54,558 nucleotides of DNA from an uncultured bacterium (GTDB lineage Bacteria > Patescibacteriota > Minisyncoccia > Phycocordibacterales > PALSA-1337), in NCBI GenBank assembly GCA_903872035.1, contig CAIQIZ010000018.1, forward strand, positions 1-54,558, in the 5' to 3' direction. Positions 8,323-17,133 of the stretch are shown one piece after another. The position numbers and the translations under genes were made by a program. Each line of letters opens with the position of its first letter. Position 1 is the stretch's first letter. A model generated the notes under the pieces. It ran no database searches. It was not told the origin of the DNA and was given only the letters and a program-made list of their open reading frames with translations.

Positions 8323-10088
8323 CACTTGAAATACTCCGGCGTATTCACACTCATCCAATCCAGCTGCTGTCTCATAGCGGCCGCGGCACCTATCAAGTTA
8401 TGGACTGAACCTTTCTCCAGCATCACGGCGAAAGCATACTTCGGGTTGTCATAGGGCCAGAAACCGGTGATCCAGGAGTTGACTCTATCCTTGGAAACGC
8501 CGAGCTCGGCTGTGCCGGACTTCCCTGCGACTTTCACATATGGAACGTTCAAAGCTACGCTGGTCCCTATCTGCGTACCAAGACGCATGCCTTCATGGAC
8601 GACGTCAAAATATTTCTTTGGCACATTGACGACGGATTCGATATGAGGCGGCTGTCCTTTGATCAAGCTCGGAGTGAGAACGGTGCCCTCATTGGCAATA
8701 GTCGCTGCACCACGAACGATCTGCAGAGGTGTCACTTGGAAACCATACTGACCGATGGATGTGTGATATGTATCCCCTAGGAACCACGCCTCTCCGAAAG
8801 TCTTCATCTTCCATTCTGGAGTAGGAATAGTACCGGCTCTACTCATTAGGAGAGACTCGCTACCATCCATGGTAGTCGTACCAAAACCGAACATGCGTAG
8901 ATACTTGTCGATGTTGGCGATCCCTAGACCTTTTTGATTCTTGTAACCACCACCGACAGTGTAGAAATAGGCATCGGATGACATAGCGATAGCGTGGCGC
9001 AAATCGAGCGCCCCCAAATCCTTCCAGTCCTTGAAGAGTGTGGTCTTGGTCGGATCATAGGGATTGGGAATGGAAATGGAACCAGTGGTCACGATGATCG
9101 TGCTCGGATCTATGACCCCTTCATTCTGGACGGCGATAGCCAGATAAGGCTTGATGATGGAACCTGGCGTGTAGAGACCGTCGACCGCCCGATCAAGGAA
9201 TGGCAAACCGGGATCGGAAAGAGCGGATCTGATAGCGGACTGGTTGGTTCTGTCAGACATGACCTGCGAATCGTATTCGGGGTAACTGGTCAGAGCTAGA
9301 AGTTCGCCAGTATGAACATCCATGATGACTCCAGCTCCCCCAGAAAATCCAACACGTGTGGCGATATCCCTGATATTGTTATATAGGGCTGATTGGACGC
9401 GACTGTCTATGGAAAGATCGATATTCTCTCCTTGAACCGCCGGTTTTACCACGTTTTCGGAGACGATCTTCCCGGCTGCGTCGACTTCGACCAGTCTCGA
9501 TCCGGCTGTACCCTGCAGAGCTTCGTTGAAATCCTTTTCCGCTCCGGCTATTCCTTCAAAATCCTCCTGGTAATAAAAACCGTTCTTATCTTTAGAAGGA
9601 TATTTAACGTAACCTAGCACATGAGCTAGACCGCTTGAAGTCGCGTATTCGCGACTCGCCACCATTTCTCCAACATTTAGAAGTTCACTTGAACTACTGG
9701 CATTCGTCCCTGGATTATTATCATTCGACACTGCTGGCGCATTCCATGCTAGGAGGAGCCCATTACGATCATAGATCACTCCACGGCCAGCGAAGAGGGG
9801 AACTGGACGCAATAGGTTATTCTCGCTCTTGACGCGAAAATCTCCACCATTGACGATCTGCATCTGCACCGCCTGAACGATGAAGATCACCGTGATGATG
9901 AGAAAGATGCCGATTATCGAATACAACGTCGCTCGGGAGATCGGCTTTTCCAAGCGTCCCTCGAATTGCGCCGTATCAAAGCATGGCAAATTACGAGAAT
10001 CGATGAGGATCTCATCAGGATTGATCTCGTGGTTCTTCCACTTTTTATCTTTTCTAGCGCGTAAAAGTCGCTTCCAGGATATAGGCAT
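8322..10088 (-). CDS. mrdA: Penicillin-binding protein 2
   Basis: SIIK, SSD and KSG motifs, N-terminal TM, downstream of mreBC. Confidence 0.9.
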   Translation of the reverse strand: MPISWKRLLRARKDKKWKNHEINPDEILIDSRNLPCFDTAQFEGRLEKPISRATLYSIIGIFLIITVIFIVQAVQMQIVNGGDFRVKSENNLLRPVPLFAGRGVIYDRNGLLLAWNAPAVSNDNNPGTNASSSSELLNVGEMVASREYATSSGLAHVLGYVKYPSKDKNGFYYQEDFEGIAGAEKDFNEALQGTAGSRLVEVDAAGKIVSENVVKPAVQGENIDLSIDSRVQSALYNNIRDIATRVGFSGGAGVIMDVHTGELLALTSYPEYDSQVMSDRTNQSAIRSALSDPGLPFLDRAVDGLYTPGSIIKPYLAIAVQNEGVIDPSTIIVTTGSISIPNPYDPTKTTLFKDWKDLGALDLRHAIAMSSDAYFYTVGGGYKNQKGLGIANIDKYLRMFGFGTTTMDGSESLLMSRAGTIPTPEWKMKTFGEAWFLGDTYHTSIGQYGFQVTPLQIVRGAATIANEGTVLTPSLIKGQPPHIESVVNVPKKYFDVVHEGMRLGTQIGTSVALNVPYVKVAGKSGTAELGVSKDRVNSWITGFWPYDNPKYAFAVMLEKGSVHNLIGAAAAMRQQLDWMSVNTPEYFK

Positions 10089-10109
10089 CCGTGCATTGTA
10101 TCTTCAAGT

Positions 10110-10356
10110 GAGGAATTATGGAAGCAAGTCATTCAACTCTGAGAGTCAGGGACTCGATGAGCTTGCAAATAATAAACACCTGTGTTATTACTGGTAATAG
10201 ATTTCGCTGTTCGTATAGGGTTAACATAGAGGCTTTGTTCGTAATGCAGTTCGAACAGCGGAGCGAATAGTTGGCTGCATTACCCTTCTGAGCGCTTGGG
10301 TGAACGCGTTTAAGCCTTGTCACCATGAGGGTCGAGTCAGTACTCGGCCCTTTTTT
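10110..10356 (+). ncRNA. Unassigned structured RNA candidate (ends approximate)
   Basis: 280-bp intergenic gap with several helices, an H-type pseudoknot (TGTTCG/CGAACA with TAATGCAG/CTGCATTA) and a plus-strand terminator at the end. Confidence 0.45.
10328..10356 (+). terminator. Intrinsic terminator, antisense to the mre/mrd genes
   Basis: AGGGTCGAGT-CAGT-ACTCGGCCCT followed by a T6 run. Confidence 0.7.
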
Positions 10357-10367
10357 CTTCCTCAAAT

Positions 10368-10634
10368 CTATCTCCTAACGATCTTTTTTGACCAAGCAAC
10401 CAGAATCAAACCAGTAACTGATACAATAATTCCTAAATATCCCCTATAACCAATTTCTGGAATCATCCCAAACAACGAATCGTATGCGATACCGGCTATG
10501 AATATTTCCACATAATACGGGAAAGACCAACAACCGATGAGTCCCAGTGGCAAAGCGATGAACCACCAGCCTTGGATCACTGCGAATGCGATGACAACAT
10601 CGACGATTATGCGGATTATAAATATGTTTTTCAT
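10368..10634 (-). CDS. Small membrane protein in the MreD position
   Basis: About 3 hydrophobic segments; start MKNIF at 10634 overlaps the mreC stop (TGATG). Confidence 0.65.
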   Translation of the reverse strand: MKNIFIIRIIVDVVIAFAVIQGWWFIALPLGLIGCWSFPYYVEIFIAGIAYDSLFGMIPEIGYRGYLGIIVSVTGLILVAWSKKIVRR

Positions 10635-11428
10635 CAGATCAATCTCATTCTCAGATCGACCAAAACCCAACGGAGCTCGAAAAGATTGACCGGCGGCGCG
10701 AAGAGGATAGTCTGGAATGTCTGCGCCGGATCAGCCAACACAGAAGTTACTACACCGAATGGCTTGGCATTCAAGGACGGTATGGTCACAAAATCACCTT
10801 GTGAGACTTTGATGTCTCGTGGCAATTCGGCTGAATATTGTCCACCGCCACGACCAACTGCAGTGGCTGATGAGTGACTAGGACCGATCAAGACTGAATA
10901 TGTTTCCCTAGGCGAAGAAAAAAGGTGCACCGTCGAGGTCTGACCCAATACCTGCGAGATCCGGCCAATAGGCACATCTCCGACAGCGTAGACATTATTT
11001 CCGACAGAAAATCCGGCGTCGTTGCCAGCGTCGATAATGAGTTCGTCATAGGCGGCCGATGGCGGATGTTTCAATACCGCTGCCAAGATATATGGCGTCG
11101 TCGAGGCCCGTCCCATCAAGGATTTCAGTTCCAAATTTTCCGTCTCGACCGATTTGATAGTATCCAAACGCACTTTCGCATCATCAAGCTCTCTTTGTAG
11201 ATATTGATTCTCCGCTAACAAACCCTCCGGCGTACGCATTGAGCCAAGCTGTAAAGCTAGCTGCGCTCTCCAGAAAGGCCTGACCAAGGTCGTCATGACT
11301 GCTGGGAAGAATGATGGCCGAAAGAATTGGGTGGCCCCTCCCAGCAAAAGAACGACGATAGTAATACCCACGACCACCCTTGCAGGTAAACTAACACGGC
11401 TTTTATGAACTTGAAGGTAAGTCATCAC
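10634..11428 (-). CDS. mreC: Rod shape-determining protein MreC
   Basis: TM, coiled coil (ENLELKSLMGR), IIDAG..G and PIGRI beta domain; follows mreB. Confidence 0.88.
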   Translation of the reverse strand: MMTYLQVHKSRVSLPARVVVGITIVVLLLGGATQFFRPSFFPAVMTTLVRPFWRAQLALQLGSMRTPEGLLAENQYLQRELDDAKVRLDTIKSVETENLELKSLMGRASTTPYILAAVLKHPPSAAYDELIIDAGNDAGFSVGNNVYAVGDVPIGRISQVLGQTSTVHLFSSPRETYSVLIGPSHSSATAVGRGGGQYSAELPRDIKVSQGDFVTIPSLNAKPFGVVTSVLADPAQTFQTILFAPPVNLFELRWVLVDLRMRLI

Positions 11429-12492
11429 TATTTGCTTGACGGCAGATCATCCTCGCTCTGCAAAAGAACGCTCTTATACTTTTCTATATCTTCAAGAATG
11501 ATGCCAGCTCCGCGAGCGATGGCGGTGATAGGGTCTTCGGCAACCGTAACTGGAAGCTGTAGGACTTCTGAGAGAAGATCCCTCAAACCTTTTATGAGCG
11601 CTCCGCCACCTACCAGATATATGCCACGCTTCATGATATCGGCCATGATCTCTGGTGGTGTCATTTCCAAAACCTCTCGCGTTGTCGCCACCAAGACTTC
11701 TATAGACTGTCCCATGGCTTCTCGAATATCAGAGTCAGTGATGACCACTTCGCGAGGAAGACCAGTGATAAGATCTCGACCACGGATAACTGTCTCCAAA
11801 GGTTCGGCTGGCACTACTGCTCCAACAGCGATCTTCACCTGTTCAGCTGTCGTCTCGCCTATCAAAATCTTAAATTCGTTGCGAATGTATGAAATGATGT
11901 CCTGATTGAATTTATCTCCAGCGATCTTCAAGCTCTTTGAGCGGACGATCCCACCTAAAGAAATAATGGCAATGTCTGTAGTACCTCCACCGATATCGAT
12001 GACCATGCTTCCAACTGGGTCGAATATCGGCAAACGAATTCCTATAGCACCAGCGATGGGTTGTTCGACTATATAAACTTCCCGCGCCCCGGCATTTTTT
12101 GTGGCATCGCGCACAGCCCTAACCTCCACATTTGTCACACCAGACGGAACACCGACGACCACTCGTGGACCGAGAAATCTTTTCGGCATATATTCATTGG
12201 CACGCCGCATCAGATATGAGAGCATCTCTTCCGTCACTTCAAAATCGGAAATTACCCCGTCAACTAAAGGCCTTACAGCCGTTATATGCGTCGGCGTCCT
12301 GCCAAGCATATCCTTAGCAGCCGTGCCAACAGCTACGACTTGGCCTGTCTTTTGATTTACGGCGACAACCGATGGCTCAGTAACGACTATACCCTTACCT
12401 CGCACGTATACGAGGGTGTTGGCAGTACCAAGGTCTATGCCGATTTCATTAGAAAATCGATTGAAAAGTTTGTCTTTAGCTTCCTTGAACAT
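11428..12492 (-). CDS. mreB: Rod shape-determining protein MreB
   Basis: IGIDLGTANT, DIGGGTT and LVGGGALIKGL motifs. Confidence 0.97.
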   Translation of the reverse strand: MFKEAKDKLFNRFSNEIGIDLGTANTLVYVRGKGIVVTEPSVVAVNQKTGQVVAVGTAAKDMLGRTPTHITAVRPLVDGVISDFEVTEEMLSYLMRRANEYMPKRFLGPRVVVGVPSGVTNVEVRAVRDATKNAGAREVYIVEQPIAGAIGIRLPIFDPVGSMVIDIGGGTTDIAIISLGGIVRSKSLKIAGDKFNQDIISYIRNEFKILIGETTAEQVKIAVGAVVPAEPLETVIRGRDLITGLPREVVITDSDIREAMGQSIEVLVATTREVLEMTPPEIMADIMKRGIYLVGGGALIKGLRDLLSEVLQLPVTVAEDPITAIARGAGIILEDIEKYKSVLLQSEDDLPSSK

Positions 12493-12530
12493 TGGTTGTA
12501 CCTTAACATATGGGGGATTAGAGATTCAAG

Positions 12531-12602
12531 GACGCATAGAAAGAATATACCGTCTTGCCGCTGGCCCACAGCGCTCAAACCGATATATTCTTTCTATGCG
12601 TC
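12531..12602. repeat. Palindromic element, copy 2 (intergenic, smc-mreB)
   Basis: Perfect 19-bp arms (12531-12549 / 12584-12602) around core CGCTG-GCCCA-CAGCG (12559-12573). Confidence 0.9.
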
Positions 12603-12613
12603 AATCAAAATTT

Positions 12614-14995
12614 CTATTTCGCCACCGCCACTGCTTCTTCGAAGGCGATCGAAAGCAGCTTGGAGGCGCCGTCAGAGCCCATGGTCACGCCATACAAGAC
12701 GCCGGCACGAGACATGGTCTCGCGGTTATGGGTGATGAGAATGAGTTGTGAGCGCTTGGAAAGATTTTCGATCATATCGCCATACTTCTTAGAATTGGCT
12801 TCGTCCAATGCCGCATCTGTTTCATCGAGAATGATGAATGGCGGCGGATTGACTTGAGAGACAGCAAATAGAAGCGCTATTGAAGTAAGGGCACGTTCGC
12901 CGCCGGAAAGCATCATGAGCCCTTTGACTTTCTTACGCGGCAAACTGATGTTGACATCGAGACCTTCTGGACCTTCTTCGACATTAGCAAATCCGAACCC
13001 AGAGTCGCTGAAATCTTCTCCGTCGCGTCGCTGGCCCACAGCGCCCGCGCCAGAGAAGATCTCATCGCCTCCAGAAAGTGCTTCGCTTAATTCTTCCCCG
13101 TCGCTCTTTTTTCTTCGCTTTGCTTCTCGGACCACTGTAAGTTCCGCTTTTCCGCCCCCAAACATCAGGGTAAAGAATTTTTGGAATTCGGTGTTAATTT
13201 TCAATATTCCGCTCTTGAATTCAAAATCAATTCGCTGATCCAACTCGGCGATCAGTTTGATGAGTTCGGCTTTGGCTTTTTCCAGATCCTCGAGCTCTTT
13301 CATGAGGAAGCTGTCGCGCTCCTCCGTTTCTTTGTATTCCTTCAAGACCTCTGCCCCACCGCTACCACCGGCATCTTCTAGGCGAATCTTATTCTTCTCT
13401 ATTTTTCTTCTGCGTTCTTCTTGGGCTGAACGTGAAGCAACGGCGCCGTCAGATCGCACTCCGGTTTGCCGCTGGCCCACAGCGCTCAAACCAGAGTGCG
13501 ATTCTCCGGCGCCTGTGACTTCGTTGTACTCCACCGCCTCTCTTCCTACGATTATTCCAGCCTCCCCAAGGTCATGTTTGAAGTTCTCCTCTTCATGAGC
13601 AAGCATATTCATGGCCGTCGTCAGATTGGCAACCACGTTCCGGATCTCATTCTGCCTAGCAATGATCTTGAAGACATCCTTTTCCGCTTCGCGGTTGGTG
13701 TCCTTCTCCTTCTCTATGGTCGACTTCAATTCCTCATATTCGCGGACGTATTTCAATTCATTTTCCACAGCACTCTTAAGTTTACTCTCGAATTCCGATC
13801 GCTCGCGTGAAAGAACCTCGATTTCCTTTTCCGCTTCGCTAATCAATGCCGAATCACTCACCGCTTTGTGGCGAGCAATAAATCCTCGTAAAGCTCCGAC
13901 AACTTCACTGAAAAGCTTTCTGACATCTTCTATCGTCCGCATCCCTTCTATAGATTGCACTACTTCCTCGACATCTTTCAAACGGACCATCTTCAATTCT
14001 TCATTTTTTATCCTAGCCTCTTCCTTCATAATGGCACGCCTATCAGCATTGATCTCGCCTTCAAGCCTTCCTAACTCGCGAGTAATAGAATCCTTCTCGC
14101 TCCGGCATTGCTTCAATCTCTCTTCAAGGGAAATGACCTTGTCACTCTTTGTGTCTTTATTCTTGGAATCAGTCAGGATCTTCTTTGCCTGTTCCAATTG
14201 ATGATCAAGCTCGGCTAATTCCTTTTTGGGCCCAGCAATCTCGGCTGACAGGCGCTGCTTTTCAGTCTGAATGTAAAACTCCTCAATGGCAAAATATTCT
14301 TTGTATAAAAGAATCAATTCTTTTCGGAGCTCTTCGGCCTTCTCAACTTTTTCAACTTGTTTTTTCAGGAAGCGAATATGTGGCGCGATCTCACGTCGGA
14401 GCGATTCTACCTGCTTCATATTCTCGTCGGTCCGCTCTAATTTCCGCAAGCTTTCCAATTTCTTCCATTGATAGATCTTCAAACCGAGCGCATCTTCTAT
14501 CATTTCCCTTCTTTCGCGAATAGAAGCCGAAAGAATGCGATCAGCTTCTCCTTGTGAAATGATATGATGCCCAGTTGCGCCGATATGTGCGCTAGCCAAA
14601 AGCTCCACGATGTCTTTCAAGCGGACTTGGCTACCATTCAATAAGTACTCATTGGAATTGTCGCGATGTACGACGCGCTCCAGAGAGACCTCGTCGAAAT
14701 CGATCGACGGGAACAATTTTTGGGAATTATCAAAAACAACTTTAACGCTAGCTCGATTGGCTCTGCCAGCTGACGAGGCAGATTCGCCGCCGCCATTCCA
14801 GATCATATCTTCACCTCTTTTACCGCGTAATGATTTGATTGATTGTTCGCCGAGCACAAAACGAAATGCTTCAGCTGTGTTGGACTTTCCTGAGCCATTG
14901 GGTCCAACAACGCCGGTTATAGCGCTGGTGAATTGTAGGCTGGCTTTCTTGGCAAATGATTTGAAGCCGGATAATTCCAGAGATTTGAGATACAT
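12614..14995 (-). CDS. smc: Short SMC-family ATPase (about 790 aa, no recognisable hinge)
   Basis: MYLKSLELSGFKSF start (moved to 14995), GPNGSGKSN Walker A, LSGGE signature, ILDETDAALD Walker B. Confidence 0.85.
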   Translation of the reverse strand: MYLKSLELSGFKSFAKKASLQFTSAITGVVGPNGSGKSNTAEAFRFVLGEQSIKSLRGKRGEDMIWNGGGESASSAGRANRASVKVVFDNSQKLFPSIDFDEVSLERVVHRDNSNEYLLNGSQVRLKDIVELLASAHIGATGHHIISQGEADRILSASIRERREMIEDALGLKIYQWKKLESLRKLERTDENMKQVESLRREIAPHIRFLKKQVEKVEKAEELRKELILLYKEYFAIEEFYIQTEKQRLSAEIAGPKKELAELDHQLEQAKKILTDSKNKDTKSDKVISLEERLKQCRSEKDSITRELGRLEGEINADRRAIMKEEARIKNEELKMVRLKDVEEVVQSIEGMRTIEDVRKLFSEVVGALRGFIARHKAVSDSALISEAEKEIEVLSRERSEFESKLKSAVENELKYVREYEELKSTIEKEKDTNREAEKDVFKIIARQNEIRNVVANLTTAMNMLAHEEENFKHDLGEAGIIVGREAVEYNEVTGAGESHSGLSAVGQRQTGVRSDGAVASRSAQEERRRKIEKNKIRLEDAGGSGGAEVLKEYKETEERDSFLMKELEDLEKAKAELIKLIAELDQRIDFEFKSGILKINTEFQKFFTLMFGGGKAELTVVREAKRRKKSDGEELSEALSGGDEIFSGAGAVGQRRDGEDFSDSGFGFANVEEGPEGLDVNISLPRKKVKGLMMLSGGERALTSIALLFAVSQVNPPPFIILDETDAALDEANSKKYGDMIENLSKRSQLILITHNRETMSRAGVLYGVTMGSDGASKLLSIAFEEAVAVAK
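13013..13060. repeat. Palindromic element, copy 3 (in frame inside smc)
   Basis: ATCTTCTC/GAGAAGAT outer arms, core at 13029-13043; translated as ...GAVGQRRD... Confidence 0.8.
13442..13513. repeat. Palindromic element, copy 4 (in frame inside smc)
   Basis: Nested arms GGCGCCG/CGGCGCC, ATCGCACTC/GAGTGCGAT and GGTTTG/CAAACC around the core at 13470-13484; 27 nt identical to copy 2. Confidence 0.88.
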
Positions 14996-15046
14996 GTTGA
15001 GGGAGGTGTGGGCACCTATGGAGAGGTGGCACCTCCATATTGTAAC

Positions 15047-15079
15047 AAAAAGTGGTGCAGCCTGCTTAGACTGCACCAC
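15047..15079 (-). terminator. Intrinsic terminator after the zinc-finger ORFan
   Basis: GTGGTGCAG/CTGCACCAC stem with a minus-strand T5 run. Confidence 0.6.
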
Positions 15080-15130
15080 CCGCGTGACCAGCGCATGTCG
15101 GACCAAATCAATGTTCTGTCGGACTCACAA

Positions 15131-15457
15131 TCAAGCAGTCACCAAAGACAAGAGTTTAAGCCAGGCTTTTTCAACCTTGGCGGCTTTTGCATCTTCCGCC
15201 GCCTTGATCGCCTTCATCCTGTCCAATTTGAGCCCACGACATATAGCCATGTGCTTTGCGTGATTTGTGATCCGGATCCTCCTGTAGCAGTGCCCGCAGG
15301 TTTCCATGAGTCTGGCGACCTCCGTTTTGGTCAATTGTATCTCGAAAGCTTTCTCAGCTTCAGGACAATACCCATTCTCATAAGACTGCCAGGCTCGTTC
15401 GATACGAGCACGGGCACGCCTCGACAAGGCCATGTTTCTTCCATAAATTCTTTTCAT
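15131..15457 (-). CDS. Hypothetical protein with a C2HC zinc-finger-like motif
   Basis: CGHC-x11-H-x3-C; own -10 (TATAGT) and terminator. Confidence 0.6.
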   Translation of the reverse strand: MKRIYGRNMALSRRARARIERAWQSYENGYCPEAEKAFEIQLTKTEVARLMETCGHCYRRIRITNHAKHMAICRGLKLDRMKAIKAAEDAKAAKVEKAWLKLLSLVTA

Positions 15458-15490
15458 ATCAAAAAAATCAGGTTCAAACCTAACTATACA

Positions 15491-16189
15491 CTACCACTTC
15501 TTTATCTCCAACGCCTTCTCGGCAGCTTTTTGTTCAGCCTCTTGCTTGGAAGCGCCAGTGCCGGTGGCAACTTGCACGTCGCCAAGGAAAACGGCCAGAG
15601 TGAACTGCTTGTTGTGATCTGGTCCGATCTCCTTCAGAGTCTTGTAGCTCGGCGTCTGACCGACTTTCTCTTGGGCTCTTTCCTGGAATCGGCTCTTGGA
15701 GTCCAACCAGCTCTTATTTTTGACGATCTCTTCTATGTCGATGACATTCAGGATATGATCGGAAATGAATTTAGCCGCAGCATCGTAACCCTGATCGAGA
15801 TAAACAGCGCCTATGACAGCCTCAACGGCATTGGCCAAGATGATAGATCGCGCTCGGCCGGTATCCTTGGCTTCGCCGCGCGACATTAGCATGTATTCAT
15901 TAAGGCCCATATGTTCGGCGACTTTGGTCAAACTAACGGTATTCACGATAGCTGAACGGAAGGCCGTCAATTCCCCTTCGGCTTTCTTGGGATATTTATT
16001 AAAAAGGAAGCTGGTCACGATCAATTCCAGAACCGCGTCTCCGAGAAATTCCAAACGCTCATTATGCTCCAGCCCAGAACCTCGGTTCTCGTTCAAATAA
16101 GACCGGTGCGTGCAGGCGGTCGTGAGAAGATTGATGTCGGTAAAATTTACACCGATATGCTTTGCGAATGTTTCAATATTTGATTTCAT
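15491..16189 (-). CDS. rnc: Ribonuclease III
   Basis: HNERLEFLGDAVLEL signature and C-terminal dsRBD. Confidence 0.97.
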   Translation of the reverse strand: MKSNIETFAKHIGVNFTDINLLTTACTHRSYLNENRGSGLEHNERLEFLGDAVLELIVTSFLFNKYPKKAEGELTAFRSAIVNTVSLTKVAEHMGLNEYMLMSRGEAKDTGRARSIILANAVEAVIGAVYLDQGYDAAAKFISDHILNVIDIEEIVKNKSWLDSKSRFQERAQEKVGQTPSYKTLKEIGPDHNKQFTLAVFLGDVQVATGTGASKQEAEQKAAEKALEIKKW

Positions 16190-16195
16190 ATTTTC

Positions 16196-17098
16196 TTAGC
16201 TCTCTTGCGATAGCATCGTAACCGCCTTGGTAACGATCGGTAGTATATCATTGTAGAAATTGAGCTCCAAAATGTCAGCCAACTTGAACCACTTGGCGTC
16301 ATCGAGACCAGGCTTCTTGGCCAACTGAAGATCACCGAATGGTGCCTCGGCCAAATAGTAGTGAACCTGCTTCCTGATCTTCCCTATCTCCGGATCATTG
16401 GCGATGTATTCATTGGTGCCGAGATCTGATTTGATCGTGACTTCGAGGCCAATCTCTTCTTTGACTTTGTTTATCGTACCAGTGTTCGGTTCTATTCCCT
16501 CTGGGATCTTGCCTTTGGAAAGCGTCCAATGCCCGAATATATCATGCACAAAGGCAAGGTACATGACATCTTCATGCTTGGAATAGACGACTGCACCACC
16601 CAGATGCTGGATCGGCATCTCGTCATAAGGGACTTCGGCCGGCTTCTTCTTTTTGGCGGGAGCGGTATCTTTGCCAGGTTCTCCCAGCTCCTTGTAGACA
16701 GCGCCCAATACCCCATTAACAAAACGGCCGGAGGTTTCACCACCGAACGTCTTGGCTAACTCGATAGCTTCATTGATGGCTACTTTGGCCGGCACTTCGG
16801 ACCTGTCGGAGAAAAGCAGTTCGTAGAGCCCGATACGGAGGACATTTCGGTCGACCGGCGAGATCTTGTCGATCGGCCAGTCGGGTGCGGCTTTCTCTAT
16901 GATCTGATTGAGGTCCTCTTTTTTGGCCAAGATCCCTTTCATCAATTCTTCGATGAACGAAACATCGCTCATGCCTGGAGCAAATTCTTTGACATTGCGG
17001 GCGATGATATCTTTTACCGTCGCATCATTGCGGCCATGGCAATCCCATTCGAAGAGAGATTGCAAAACGACTGATCTAGAGAGGTGTCGGTTGGCCAT
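16196..17098 (-). CDS. nusB: NusB fused to a C-terminal Nudix-fold domain
   Basis: RHLSRSVVLQSLFEWD, DRNVLRIGLYEL and FVNGVLG, followed by WTLSKGK...KEEIGL. Confidence 0.88.
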   Translation of the reverse strand: MANRHLSRSVVLQSLFEWDCHGRNDATVKDIIARNVKEFAPGMSDVSFIEELMKGILAKKEDLNQIIEKAAPDWPIDKISPVDRNVLRIGLYELLFSDRSEVPAKVAINEAIELAKTFGGETSGRFVNGVLGAVYKELGEPGKDTAPAKKKKPAEVPYDEMPIQHLGGAVVYSKHEDVMYLAFVHDIFGHWTLSKGKIPEGIEPNTGTINKVKEEIGLEVTIKSDLGTNEYIANDPEIGKIRKQVHYYLAEAPFGDLQLAKKPGLDDAKWFKLADILELNFYNDILPIVTKAVTMLSQES

Positions 17099-17133
17099 TT
17101 TAGTTAAAGAACATGGTGTTAATAATGAACACA

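Noticed and set aside
10330-10351. Minus-strand AGGGCCGAGTACTGACTCGAC as a tmRNA 5' end
   Set aside because: It matches 14 of 21 nt of the E. coli 5' end, but there is no T-arm or CCA partner on that strand, and it is the complement of a terminator hairpin.
10129-10365. 78-aa ORF in the mreD-mrdA gap
   Set aside because: No recognisable motif or start context; the region is better explained by RNA structure.
15470-15481. AGGTTCAAACCT as another copy of the RAYT palindrome
   Set aside because: Different length and centre from AGGTCWGACCT; too short to distinguish from chance.
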